64,000 bases of DNA. Source: Octopus sinensis (taxonomy: Eukaryota). Position 1 is the stretch's first letter. Every line of letters begins with the position of its first letter. A program made the translations under genes and the position numbers. The stretch lies in NCBI RefSeq assembly GCF_006345805.1, contig NC_043018.1, positions 22,134,001 through 22,198,000 of the forward strand, written 5' to 3'. The notes beneath the pieces were generated by a model, which was not told the DNA's origin, ran no database searches, and worked only from the letters and a program-made list of their open reading frames with translations. Positions 1 through 13,090 of this stretch are shown here, piece by piece.

Positions 1-272
1 ACATGCTATATATAGTATATATATACATACATACATGTAATCATATCTATAATGATATACATACATGCATATATGTATGTATATATATATACATGCATAT
101 ATATATGTACATATATATACATGCATATATATATGTATGCGTGTTATTAGCTAATAACTTGTATAGTAGAGAGACAGAGAGAGATATATTATATATAATC
201 GCATATATATAAATGTACATAATCATATCTATCTATATATATATATATATACACCTCTATCTTTTATGTATA

Positions 273-311
<39 letters not shown>

Positions 312-323
312 CTCTATCTTTTA

Positions 324-361
<38 letters not shown>

Positions 362-397
362 CATACACCTCTATCTTTTATGTATATGTGTGTATAT

Positions 398-428
<31 letters not shown>

Positions 429-430
429 GA
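1..430. repeat. Compound (TA)/(CA) microsatellite with 3 copies of ACACCTCTATCTTTTATGTATATGTGTGT
   Basis: Direct reading (copies near 250, 308, 366). Confidence 0.9.
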
Positions 431-2312
431 TTCATATCCACTACAGTACTCTCAGGCATCATGCTTATTAATGCCATTTTTTTTTGCATGAATAATAAAC
501 GTGAAATTCCAACGTTTAATTCCCCTCCAAAGGATCCGTTATAATTCTTACCGTGCGACTGACTTTTTCCTTCTGCCTTATTAGCTAAAACTCCACATCA
601 AAGCCATTAAAATCTATTTTGGTTAATCCTCTACAGATTTCTTCTCAATAAAATATGATTAATAAATCCGTGTATTGACGAAACCACACAGAATGAATAT
701 CGTGAAGAATATGAACAACATCGATGTGATAAACGATAGTAAATTAACCTGACAAAAATATTATCTTTCTGGATGAAATGAATTTATATCGAGGACTCCA
801 TCATTATGTGGTTCCTTTATTCTTTAAAACTTTGAAAATAACACACATGGAAAATGTCATTTTGTTTTATTACGTTCATTTGCGAGCGTCCATAGCTGTG
901 TGGTTGAGGATTTCACTTTGTGACCGAGTTTGGTGCCGCTGTAGATACTACCTGGTGAAAAGCTGTCTTCTGTCCGGGTTTTGAGTCCGCCAATACTTTT
1001 TTTTTTCTGTGAACGCCACCCTTTGGAGGGAGGGGGGATTTTTGTTCAGGGGTGGAATTTGCTTTAATACCCCCCCAGCTGGCACGGTATGTGCCACATT
1101 GGTGTCGCCGACTTATTTGACACCGGAAATTTTCTACTCCACTTTTCTCTCTGTATCTATGAGTGCCAGCATATATGTGTGTGTGTGTGTGTGTGTGTTC
1201 CTCCTGCGCCAAAAGGCGCGGTCGTCAAAACAAGCACAGCGCTAAACAACTAGCGTCGAAACAGCTGCGCCCGATCGTTTCATTCCGCAGCTGGCCTTGG
1301 CTGCCTTTAGCAGAATACATCACCATCTTTCTTTTCCAGCTCTCTGTTCTAAGTCCAAGTCCCATCGAGGTCGACTGTTCCTTTCATCCTTTCAGAATCG
1401 ATTACAAAGAACCAATCCAAGGTCAGTGAGTTGCCGAAACCCTAATTGCATCGAGCAAAAAAAAAAATGCCTTGTGGTATTTGTTCCGACATCTTACGTT
1501 CTGAATTCAAATCCCGCCATGGCCTTGTTGAGTGTTATACTTAACCCATCGTCCACCGCATTGTGGCATCTTGGGTGCCTTTAGCCATTGAGTTGCAAGC
1601 ATACGGAGGAGGTTTCTGGTTTGAGGATAAGTGCCCCCCCCCCCTCCGCTCATGGTTAGGAGGCTCTATAAAGAGCTATGGGCACTGCTTTCCTTCCTGA
1701 CTAAAAGACAAAATGATGACAACAATAACATCAAGAACGATAATAATCTTTTCTACTAATAGACACGAGGCCTGAAATGTCGAGGGAGAGGGGTCAGTTG
1801 ATTACCTCGACACCAGTGTTTAACTGGTACTCATTTTATCGACTTCGAAAGGATGTAAGGTCGAGTCCTAAGACCCACACTCGTTCGTCCTTCAACCGAT
1901 AACAAACTCATCAAATTTTGCATTGATGTCGCTGCTGAGCGTAGAGTCTTTTCTTGAAGCTGTCTTTGTCAGCGACTAAACAGACAGATGATTTAACATG
2001 GTGACCGAAAGCTATCTGCCAAAGCAGCGACTAACAGAGAGAGATGTCTTTGACACTGGAAGGCCTAGAGAAGGGCTGGTAATTGTCAGCATAGCGCTGG
2101 TAAGAATTACGAACCCTACATTCTTCGACTGGTTTGTTAACCGATATTCTAGTGGCCTGCTTCTTCTCTACGAGTACAAATGTCATATTTATTCTCTCGG
2201 GAAATTTATTAAACACAAACATTTCAAATATTTCTTTTTATTCTCTTTCTTTTCTCTGTACGTTGGCTATCTTTAAAAATCCAATTTTACTAATTATCTC
2301 TTCCCCTCTCTC

Positions 2313-2363
<51 letters not shown>

Positions 2364-2556
2364 GTATATACATACATACATACATACATACAGACAGACA
2401 GACACCGTCTGAATCCTTGTTTACTTCTAGTTTGTTTTTCAACCACCCATCCACTTTGCTTTTTCCCTGGAGTATTCTTGATCTGTATCAAATGAAATGT
2501 AGCTTTTTTTTTTTTTTTTTTTTTAAGGACGTCTATATCTGCAACACACACACACA

Positions 2557-2587
<31 letters not shown>

Positions 2588-3369
2588 TACGCACATACAC
2601 ACAAAATGTACCCGACCGTGAATTGCGCGATATTTCAAATAGAAATTTGTTCGGTTGTTCGGTATTACTTCCGTAACGTGAAGCAGCGCAACAAATTCTG
2701 TGCGACTGGAAAAGTAGTTCAAAATATAATCAAAATATAACTGTAATATGAACCTCGCAGACTACAGAGAGTTTCAAAATTAAGAAAACAATTACTTCTG
2801 CTGGAACAATTTTCGCTAGTTTTTTTACATTATCTCCATCGCACTGGAATGTTTCATCGAAAAGCCACAGATTTATGTCAGCTGTTTAAGGAATGACTTT
2901 AACTATGCACCGTTGTTTTTAGTCGGCGATAGAATTTCGACAAATTACGAGAGAGAGAGAGAGAAACAGAGAGAGACTGAGCATGTAACTTATATATGAG
3001 GAAGTTGAATGAAGATTCACCAAAATAACAGCCAAGTGTTGCATATGATTAAATAAGTTCATTAAATTTCTGGTTTCCGTCTCGCTTTTCCTTTGTACTT
3101 TACAATTGCGTTTAGAAATAGCGAAACGAATAACTATTTGGTAGAACTCAGTATACAGATGCCTTAGAATAAAGCGCTGGGCGAGGACAGGGCGGACTGT
3201 TAATTACTGAATTACGGGGGAGAGAGCAGGAATTACAGGGTGATCTACATTAGCTAACTGCTGTTTCTGCCACCAGAAATTCTGTATTCAGAGCTCAGTG
3301 TTTGTACCTTCCTCGGAGCTGTTAAAATGAATTTCTTTTTACACACACACACACACACATGAATTCATT

Positions 3370-3572
3370 TTTTCTTTTGTTTCAGTCATTTGACTGCGGC
3401 CGTGCTGGAGCACCGCCTGTTAGTCGAAGCAATCGACCCCAGGACTTATTCTTTGTAAGCCTGGTACTTATTCTATCGGTCTCGTTTGCCGAACCGCTAA
3501 GTTACAGGGGCGTAAACACACCAACATCAGTTCTCAAGTGCTGATGGGGCGGAGACAAACACATATACAAAG

Positions 3573-3603
<31 letters not shown>

Positions 3604-3776
3604 ATGTATACACGACGGGCTTCTTTCAGTTTTCGTCTACCAAATCCACTCAAAGGGATTTGGTCGACTTGATGCTATAGTAGGGGACTCTTGCCCGAGG
3701 TGCCATGCAGTGGGACTGAACCCAGAAGCACGTGGTTGGGAAGCAAGCTTCTTACCACACAACCACTCCTGCGTCT

Positions 3777-3777
<1 letters not shown>
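3370..3777 (-). mobile_element. B-type CORE-like SINE with internal microsatellite
   Basis: tRNA-like head, CORE-like GGGCAAGAGT motif (GGCACCTTGGGCAAGT in younger copies), internal (TA)/(TG)n, tail GGCGGTGCTCCAGCACGGCCGCAGTCAAATGACTGAAAC. Confidence 0.88.
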
Positions 3778-3779
<2 letters not shown>

Positions 3780-3860
<81 letters not shown>

Positions 3861-3873
3861 ACACACAGACACA

Positions 3874-3916
<43 letters not shown>

Positions 3917-3925
3917 ACACACACA
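3780..3925. repeat. (CA)n microsatellite
   Basis: Direct reading; a (AG)n run also at 4225-4296. Confidence 0.97.
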
Positions 3926-3939
3926 CGACGTATGAGTGT

Positions 3940-4200
3940 TCAGTTTCTGCCGAACGACCTGCACAAATGATTTGCTTATATTGATCAAATGTATGTGCCG
4001 AACATTAGCTCATTCTCTTCATTAAATCGACGTTACCTGAACAAGTGCACGGTGTGCCACACGTCAGGGGTTAAAGTGATTGCAAAACAGCGTGAAATGA
4101 AGTATCTTGCTCAAGAACACAACATACTACCCGCTCCAAGGATCGAAACCACGGTCTCGCGATCGTGTGTGCAACATCCAAACCACTAAACCACATGTCT
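3940..4200 (-). mobile_element. D-type tRNA-derived SINE
   Basis: tRNA-like head, GTGTTCTTGAGCAAGATACTT middle, tail homologous to 54420-54687. Confidence 0.75.
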
Positions 4201-4219
4201 CTACACACACACAAACACA

Positions 4220-4297
<78 letters not shown>

Positions 4298-5201
4298 ATC
4301 GATTCCAGTACTTCACGGGAATTTAATTTTACTGAGCCGGGCGAGATGAAAGGCAAGAATTATGTAATGTATAAATTATTTTAATTACAGCTTCAGGTGT
4401 CGGAACTTTTCAAGTCTTATCCAAACTGCCATTTTTTTTTTACTTTCAATTTATACCCCAATCTTTTTTTTTTTTTTTAAGTGAAAATATACGGGTACAG
4501 CGAACATAATAGTAATAAATATTTCGAGAAGCATACGTGACACTATCAATGTCTAGCATTCCAGCTTACCTACCTACCTACCAATCTACCTACCAATCTA
4601 ATTCTTTTTTATCTGTCACCAACCATCGCTGTCAACACCAATATACGATTTTTACGTCTGACTTGACGCAAATATTCGTCTTCTTCACGAGAAGAAACTC
4701 AAGTGAGTCGTTTCTTGAAAATACATTTAGTCTTCTAATCTACTTATTCCGAACTGTCCAGGGAGTCAATACGTGTGTCACATAATAAACAGCTTATTTG
4801 CTTCAAAGATGCTTATATACTGCACACACACTGGTTGTTCTCTCTCCCTCTCTCTCTCTCTCCTTACTTTCAATAATCAAAAAGGAAAGAAAAAAAACAT
4901 CTATCTGCTTTATATGACTTGATGTTCATGAATTCAATCTCTTAAACCATATTTTATTTTGCTCTCCCCACTACATTTATTATTGTTATTATTATTATCA
5001 TTGTTGTTGTTGTTGTTATCATCGACATCACTGTTGCTGGGCCTTTTACTAATGGACTATTTAGCAATAAAATTATATGCTACTGATTCCCCGTACGGTT
5101 GTTTTCTTTACAAGTTAAGAAATGATTCCAAAGAATTTATTTTGATAAAACTAAATTTTTCCTGGGTGGCTTGTTGACGGTGGCCTACTGCCGAATCGTT
5201 A

Positions 5202-5539
5202 TGGAAGCACTCCGTCGGTTACGACGACGAGGGTTCCGGTTGATCCGAATTAACGGAACAGCCTGCTCGTGAAATTAACGTGTAAGTGGCTGAGCACTCC
5301 ACAGACAAGATAGTGACAAGGCCGGCCCTTTGAAATACAGGTACAACAGAAACAGGAAATAAGAGTGAGAGAAAGTTGTGGTGAAAGAGTACAGCAGGGA
5401 TCACCACCATCCCCTGCCGGAGCTCGTGGAGCTTTAGGTATTTTCGCTCAATAAACACTCACAACGCCCGGTCTGGGAATCGAAACCGCGATCCTATGAC
5501 CGCGAGTCCGCTGCCCTAACCACTGGGCCATTGCGCCTC
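5202..5539 (-). mobile_element. A-type tRNA-derived SINE (internally deleted)
   Basis: A-box/B-box tRNA-like head; 14-bp TSD CTGCCGAATCGTTA (5188-5201, 5540-5553); ~50-bp internal deletion; inserted into an old C-type head. Confidence 0.92.
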
Positions 5540-6266
5540 CTGCCGAATCGTTAGAGAGTCTGATAAACTTGCTTTGCCGTATTTAATTCTAATTAGAACC
5601 ATCTTTTTTTATATTTCTTTTATCTACTTTTGTTATTGGGACTGTGCCCATGCTGGGGCAACCATTGAAAGTTTTAGTCTAGTCGCCGGCAAACTGCGGC
5701 TCGGATGACTTTCTGTATGGCATATGCGATATCTCATGCGGCCCGCTTCACTATGCCTGGTTTAGTCGAACAAATCGATCCCAATATTTATTGTTTCTCT
5801 TTCTCCAAACCGATTTGGGTTAGGGACGTAAACAAACCAACACCGGCTTTCACACGATGGTGGGGGCAAACACACACACACGAGCGCATATATACATATA
5901 TGTATGTAATCTCTCTATATATACATATGTATGTATATGTGTATATGTACACACACACACGACTGGCTTCCACACAGTTACTGTCTACCAAATTTATTCA
6001 AGAAACATTGGTCAGCCCTGGGCTATATAGTGGAAGACATTTACCTAAGGTACCACGCAGCGGGAATGAACCCGAAAACCATGTGATTACAAAGCGAACT
6101 TCTTTAACCACACAGTCACGCTTGCGTCATCAATGTCAGCAATCGATCTGTTAAATAACCATTAGCACTTTGTATGTGCATCATGTCACCGTATGTGTTC
6201 TCTCCCCTGTAGGGCAGTGGCAGGGGGAAACAATTCTAGAGAAATGCAGTGTATTATAGGTTAACG

Positions 6267-6653
6267 GTGGAGGCGCAATGGCCCAGTGGTTAGGGCAGCG
6301 GACTCGCGGTCATAGGATCGCGGTTTCGATTCCCAGACCGGGCGTTGTGAGTGTTTATTGAGCGAAAACACCTAAAAGCTCCACGAGGCTCCGGCAGGGG
6401 ATGGTGGTGATCCCTGCTGTACTCTTTCACCACAACTTTCTCTCACTCTTACTTCCTGTTTCTGTTGTACCTGTATTTCAAAGGGGCGGCCTTGTCACTC
6501 TCTGTGTCACGCTGAATATCCCCGAGAACTACGTTAAGGGTACGCGTGTGTCTGTGGAGTGCTCAGCCACTTACACGTTAATTTCACGAGCTGGCTGTTC
6601 CGTTGATTCGGATCAACCGGAACCCTCGTCGTCGTAACCGACGGAGTGCTTCC
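6267..6653 (+). mobile_element. A-type tRNA-derived SINE, full length
   Basis: Head with TGGCCCAGTGG (A box) and GGTTTCGATTCC (B box); 3' hairpin CGTCG-TAAC-CGACG; 14-bp TSD ATTATAGGTTAACG. Confidence 0.95.
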
Positions 6654-7074
6654 ATTATAGGTTAACGACTTCAGTCACGTTTTCCCAATCGTTTTGTCCT
6701 GAACAGCTTCCCTTCTTAGCACATGTTCATTTCTTTTAGATTGCATGAGATATTGTCGCCTTTGTCGTATAAGAGACTTGTTACCTTGTTTTACACTTTC
6801 AAAGGAAAATATCACGTAGATAGGACTGTGTCTTTGGAGTTTTAATTCCGAGGAAGCCTATTTTATTCAATATCACCTTGATGTTGCCGTTTTTTGCTTT
6901 AGGCCAACCTGCGTTTCGTATATGAGAGAGGTTTCATTTCATTATTAAATAATAAGCGTTTGCGTTAGTTAATTCGTTTAGCAAATTACGATTAATTTAA
7001 TTAAAACAAAGAATAAATAAATAAATAAAAGTGGTGGGTGAAAACGGCACTGATATTATTTGATAATAGTCACA

Positions 7075-7580
7075 GGATTTATATGTGTGTGTGTGTACGT
7101 GTATGTGTGCATGTATAGTGTGTATGCATGCATGCATGTATATGTGTGTGTGCACGTATGTGTGAATATACATATGCGCATGTGTATATATGACTACGTA
7201 TGTGTAAGTGTATGTATGTGTGTGTGTGCATGTATATGTTTGTATATATACACATATATATATGGGTGTGTGTGCGTGCATATGTGTATATACATGTAAG
7301 TGTATATGTGTGTGCATGTATATGCTTGTGTATAATATATATATATATATATATATATAGGGTGTGTGTGTGCATATGTGTATATATGTGTAAGTGTATG
7401 TGCATATATATATATATATATGTGTGTATGCAAGTATATGTTTGTGTGTGTATATATATATATATGTGTGTGTGTACAGTATATAATATATATATGGGTG
7501 TGTGTGTGCATATGTGTATATATGTGTAAGTGTATGTGCATATATATATATATATATATGTGTGTATGCAAGTATATGTT

Positions 7581-7625
<45 letters not shown>

Positions 7626-7660
7626 ACAGTATATATATATATATATATAAATATATATAA
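7075..7660. repeat. Compound (TG)/(TA) microsatellite with internal higher-order duplication
   Basis: Direct reading; the block GTAAGTGTATGTGCATATA...GCAAGTATATGTTTG...GTACAGTATA repeats twice (~7390-7490, ~7525-7635). Confidence 0.93.
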
Positions 7661-8035
7661 GTATTGTTAACAACAACATGTTACACTGATTTCTAAGGGA
7701 AGAAAGAATTTTTTCCCTTCTGCGACACTTTGTCATCCTCCCTTTGAGAACTCTCAGCAAGAATTAGCGAACTTTCAAACTTCTATAAATTTAGCTTTCA
7801 GCAGCATTTTTGTTGTTGCTTTTTTTCAATTGTCACATGATACTACATGATACTACATGATACTGCATGTAGCTTCATCGCCCCCTCCCACATGCACACA
7901 ACCCTTCCACACACAACCCTCAAACTCCACCACACACACACATATAAACTTAAACATTGAAGCAACACATATTTTGCAAGAAGGAAATTTTACGTGTACA
8001 ATCAAAACAGAAATAACCCGCACACACACACACAC

Positions 8036-8085
<50 letters not shown>

Positions 8086-8088
8086 CGT

Positions 8089-8132
<44 letters not shown>

Positions 8133-8713
8133 GAGTAGATGAAACCATAGCGACTGAAGAAGGGGTTTTTTTCCTTGTGTTATTTGTCCTCTACTCTATT
8201 TTTTTGTTGTTTAAAAAAACGTCCAGTTCCTTGGGTTTGTGTCTATGTTTTCGTTTCTCATCGTGTTCGACGTATTTTTGGTGTCCTGTACTCATATATG
8301 CGTGTATATGTACATGTAGAGGTAGGTACGTACATATATGTTTATATATATGCATATGTTCTATTTATTAATATATATATATATAGTCTGCGTTCCTGTG
8401 CTATTTCTTCTTGTTTATTGTCGATACACCAAAACCATTGCACTCGTTAACATAAACGCCAAGAAATATCTTAAGACAGATTATTCTACCCCAGTTAACA
8501 GTTATTTTGTATATATTAGATATGTATGTCTTCCCGCCCTTTCTCTCTCCTAAACAACTGACAACCCCAATTCTCACTCGGTCTACATTCCATTCTCAAT
8601 GCACATCTTAAATTTTCTTTTTGCATCTTAAAGCAATCTTCCCTTTCCTCTGCCGCCACCTCCCATAAGAATTTAACTTTCGCAGTTGCCCAGTCTCGTC
8701 TATAATATGGAAA

Positions 8714-9004
8714 TCTTTATATATAAAAGAGAGGTTGTGTGCTGTCTGTCTCCTACGATTTAGATTCCTAACTACTCCCACATTTTGCGGTGCAGTTTAA
8801 CCAAAACCGGGTATCTTATAGTCGTGATTCATATCGAGCCCTTCTGGGTATTAGCGCGCGTCTACGATTTAAAAAAAAAATTACCATCATTTTTCCGCAT
8901 TTTTAAATCATTTTCGCTCGGTTTATATAAGGGAGTAACTCTCTATAAATGCTTATATAGTTATTTCCCTTACAAACCCGAGCAACGCCGGGCGATACTG
9001 CTAG
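8714..9004 (+). mobile_element. Non-autonomous Helitron (291 bp)
   Basis: Starts A|TCTTTATATATAAAAG; ends with GC hairpin CCCGAGCAACGCCGGG (8977-8992), 8 nt, then CTAG|T. Inserted between A and T with no TSD, i.e. canonical Helitron termini. Confidence 0.85.
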
Positions 9005-10530
9005 TATTTGTATAAAGTAAGAATGTTGGCGTCGCCATCTTTATTATTTTATTTGTGAATTAGTGAGTTTTTCAAGAGGATTTAGAACGGATGGAGATGG
9101 ACGGTCGACAGTTTTGCAGAGCTGTTACGACACCTTACAGTATTTGTAACGGATCTTTACGTTCTGAGCTCAAATTCCGCCTAGGTCAATTTTACTGTTC
9201 ATTCCTCCGCGATCAATTAAATACTGAGAATTAATGTCAACAAATTCAACTAAATTCTCCCCATAAATTACCGGAATCGGTAGAGTGTCAATCAAAAATA
9301 CCTTGCAGTATTTGTGCCACCTCTTTGCATTCTGAATTCAAATCCCGCCGGGATCGTCTTTGCCTTTTATCATTGATGACAGTTGGCCAAGGTGCTACGC
9401 AGCGGGGCAGAAACCAAAACCACATGTTCGCGAAAGACCTCCCGATCAAATAGACAGATAATTTCTGCTCAATATAACGACAGGCTAACTTTTCCTATCA
9501 ATAACAATAGTTATTCAGTATATGATTACAAAAATTTATATACGCTTCGTATAATAGTCCTTCATCAGATATTGAAACAGAATTCTTGAATCACATTAAA
9601 TTCCATTAGAGTTAGAACACTGCTTCATATGAGATGGTTACCGTTTTAAACTTGGCGAGAATGGTAGGGTATTTATTTGACTTTACACTCGATCATAGCA
9701 TTTCATAGAATACTGTTAAAAACACTGAATCTAATGAGGACACCGTTAAGCAAAAAAAAAAAAAAAAAAAGAAAGAGGGAAAAACACGTGTGTGTGTGAG
9801 AAAGAATTTTATGAAATGCTTCTATGACTGATTGTTTGCGTCGAATCAGTTCCATTAAGAATGCATTAACGTGACCAATTTATGAATAACTTTTAATATT
9901 TTCAATGTCCATTTACTCTCTGCATTTAGAAAACGACAGCTACTTTATAATATTCCAACGGATTTTCGCGAATTAAGAAAAGAAATATAATAATAGCAAT
10001 AATATTAGCAAAGTGGAGACAAATAACAGAATTCTCTTCATTGGCAATTTTTTTAACCTTCTCTAAGATTCTTTATGCTGAAAAATGGTCAGAACTGAGC
10101 TGGATAATAAATGAATAAATAAATAAATAATAATAATAATAATGATGATGCAAGATGGCAGAATCGTTGCTGCAGCAGAGAAAATGCTTACCAACATTTT
10201 TTTTTTGGCTTTGCGTTCTGGGTTCAAATTCCACTGAGGTCGACTTACCTTTCTTCCTTTTGGGGTCGATTTAATTGACATAGCCAGTAACTTCGAATGA
10301 GGTGTTTTGTGAGAGATTCGTTAGGACGCCGAGCGAAATGCTTAGCGGCCTTTTCGTCTGTCTTCACGTTCTGAGCTCGAATTCCCGTCTAGGTCGACAT
10401 TGTCTTTCATCCTTTCGGGGTCGATAAAATAACTACTAGTTGAACGCTAGGGGTGGAGTGGGGAGCTAATGTAATCGACTTAACCCATTCCCCCAAAATT
10501 GCTGGTCTTGTGTCAAAATTTGAAACTATG

Positions 10531-10581
<51 letters not shown>

Positions 10582-11299
10582 TCTGTCAAAGACCAGTGCA
10601 ATGATATTCTTATCCACAAACAAATAAAGAACACTAAAGATTTTTTTTATATCTATCTATTTTATATTAGTCTTGTCTTTCCGCCCGAAACGCGTGCAAA
10701 AAAAGGCATGCGCCGTCATGAATATGATAATAAGATGAATTTTAATCGTGGCAAAATGCGTTAAGATTCCCATTTGAAACAAAGTGAAAAGCTTTTGCAA
10801 TATTAAGTTCCATTAAGCTAAGTAAGGCGTATATCGAGGATTCTTCCGGTCTATCAAATAAAAATGATGCGTTTTTATCAGAGAGGATGTTTGCTGACGG
10901 ATACGGAGCTGACAGATATTTCAAGAAAAGTAAGTTTTGTGTGATAGAAATATTCTGCTATTAGGAATATTTACTTTGTACAAGTTGAAGTGAATCCTAT
11001 AGTTGGTGTCATGTTTATTGCTAAATATTATTTTGTGTCAGATATTGAGAAAGAATGCAGTCGATGCAATTGTAGTTGGATGTGCCTTGGTATGTAATAA
11101 AGCTGTCACATAAATGACAACACGCGTTTGCACACGCATGTATGTAAGGATGTGTGTATGTGTATGTATGTACGTATGTTTAATGACAAACCATTCCAAA
11201 TCCTGATTAGTGTCGTCGTAAGTGGTATCTGGACAGGTGAGTTTGTAAAGGTATCAAACCGTATAAAATATAATATTAAAGGGAAACCAAATAAAGATA

Positions 11300-11594
11300 C
11301 AGTAATATCTCGACTATTGCGCGTTACGTTCCAAAATCCCTCGCGATAGGTGAAAATCCGCGAAGTAAAAACAGTACTTAAATCCTTAAATCCTTAAAAG
11401 TGTTTTAGCCCGAAGGCCGCGGCCATGCTGGGGCACCACCGCTGGTATATTAAGTACTGTATATTAATTTTTAAAATTATTTTTATAATTTGTATGTATT
11501 TTATCATAAATGCAAACAACAATACGAAGGAATCGATGTAAGCTTAAATAATAAACCGCTATAAGCGAACCGCGATTATGGCGAGGAATTACTG
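11300..11594. mobile_element. Tigger/pogo-like MITE carrying a nested retroelement 3' end
   Basis: Imperfect TIRs CAGTAATATCTCGACTATTGCGCG / CCGCGATTATGGCGAGGAATTACTG flanked by TA (11298-99, 11595-96). Confidence 0.7.
11379..11452 (-). mobile_element. 74-bp 5'-truncated non-LTR retroelement 3' end with (TTTAAGGA)n tail
   Basis: Minus strand ...GGTGGTGCCCCAGCATGGCCGCGGCCTTCGGGCTAAAACACTTTTAAGGATTTAAGGATTTA, flanked by AGTACT direct repeats (11373-78, 11453-58). Confidence 0.7.
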
Positions 11595-11757
11595 TACTTT
11601 GAATGCATTTAATTCAGACGTTTTATATTATCACAACTGGGTTGAAATTCACTGAGTTTTTTTTTTTTTTTTTTATGAATGTCCTGATTCCATCATGGAA
11701 AAAGGGGAAAACCGTTTTGTTCAGGTGAATTAAAACTTAACATTAAAAACTTCAAAA

Positions 11758-11881
11758 TCTTTCTGTAGAAGAGCGTAGGCTCGAAACGTAAAAGACTTTT
11801 TCTATTCCTGAGCGTTATACTAATACATCTGTTTGTTTTGTACACCACCTGTCTTCGTCTTTTGTTTTTTACGTAAACTCT

Positions 11882-11886
<5 letters not shown>
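11758..11886 (+). mobile_element. Penelope-type repeat fragment with hammerhead-like motif (copy 1)
   Basis: TCTTT-CTGTAGA-A-GAGC-GTAG-GCTC-GAAA-CGT-A-AAAGA followed by ~90 bp homologous to 45345-45440; ends at (TA)n. Confidence 0.6.
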
Positions 11887-11917
<31 letters not shown>

Positions 11918-12038
11918 TCGGTAAGGAAGGAATTTCTTGTGATAGTGGGTATTCTTTAACGAGATAATTTAATCTCGATGCCAAAAACTTCCAGACCTCA
12001 TCTTTACTGTCCACAGACTTCACCTCTTTATCCACTCG

Positions 12039-12072
<34 letters not shown>

Positions 12073-12096
12073 ACACACACACACACACACACACAC

Positions 12097-12133
<37 letters not shown>

Positions 12134-12769
12134 GTTACCTTCCCCTTCTTTTTTGTTGTGGCTCTTGCGAAGCGTCAGATAAACTCCGATCGAGCAGAGC
12201 TATGATCAAAGGCGTTCCAACTATGCCCATCCCGTCTTTTTATAGATCACGAACTACATTATTCAAAGCGTATACATACTTTCTGTTTTCAAGGAATTAT
12301 GGTTCGGTTTGCTCAAGATTTCATTGTTATTTCTAGCAACTCAAGCGCCTAGGTACAGAGAAAGAGAGAGAGAAGGGGAAATACTCCTTCATTGGTCTCA
12401 TTCCCCCCGCTTTTGGTTATTTTCTTCTTTGCCTTGTTGGTGTTGGTGGGGGTGAAGAGGATGTTATTAAACCCAAGGTTTTAACACAAACTCAGTAACG
12501 ATATACAATCTCACGGCGGCTAAGTTCAGTTGACCGTCTCTTAAGCCAGTCAACCGTAGTTAATGCTCTAATCTTTACTTTCAAGCTTTGCTAGCGATAG
12601 GGGTTTCATTAGGAGCAGAGCAGTTTACTCAGCTATAATGAACAGGAGAGAGAATAGGTGTGGCGAAGGCGTGGATATGGCGAAAAATTAAAAGGTGAGG
12701 AAGAAAATGGAAGGTGAGGAAGAAATGCTATGCCACGTGTGATTACGTTAGGATGAGATGCAAATATTC

Positions 12770-12985
12770 TCTCTCTTTCGAACACTCTCTCTCTATCTCT
12801 CTCTTTCGTACACTCTCTCTCTATCTCTCTCTTTCGTACACTCTCTCTCTATCTCTCTCTTTCGTACACTCTCTCTCTATCTCTCTCTTTCGTACACTCT
12901 CTCTCTCTCTCGTACACTCTCTCTCTCTCTTTCGTACACTCTCTCTCTCTCTCTTTCGTACACACTCTCTCTCTTCTTTCGTACA
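12770..12985. repeat. CT-rich minisatellite, ~28-bp unit CTTTCGTACACTCTCTCTCTATCTCTCT
   Basis: About 8 copies of the TCG(T/A)ACA core within a (CT)n background. Confidence 0.9.
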
Positions 12986-13090
12986 CTCACTTCTTCCTCT
13001 CTGAATCTTCTCCTTTCCTTCTCGCCTCTCTCTCCTCTCGTTTGCATACAAACACAATCCCCTTTTTTTTCACGTTATGCATACTAACAA

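Noticed and set aside
1998-2276. 92-aa ORF MVTESYLPKQ... with a GTAAGA donor at 2100
   Set aside because: No recognisable homology and no supporting adjacent exon.
6267-6345. tRNA-like sequences at SINE heads
   Set aside because: A/B boxes are present but continue into SINE bodies with TSDs, and no complete cloverleaf was found; not called tRNA genes.
8150-8185. CTGAAGA-AGGGG...TCCTT as another hammerhead
   Set aside because: No GAAA or stem III follows, so the core is incomplete.
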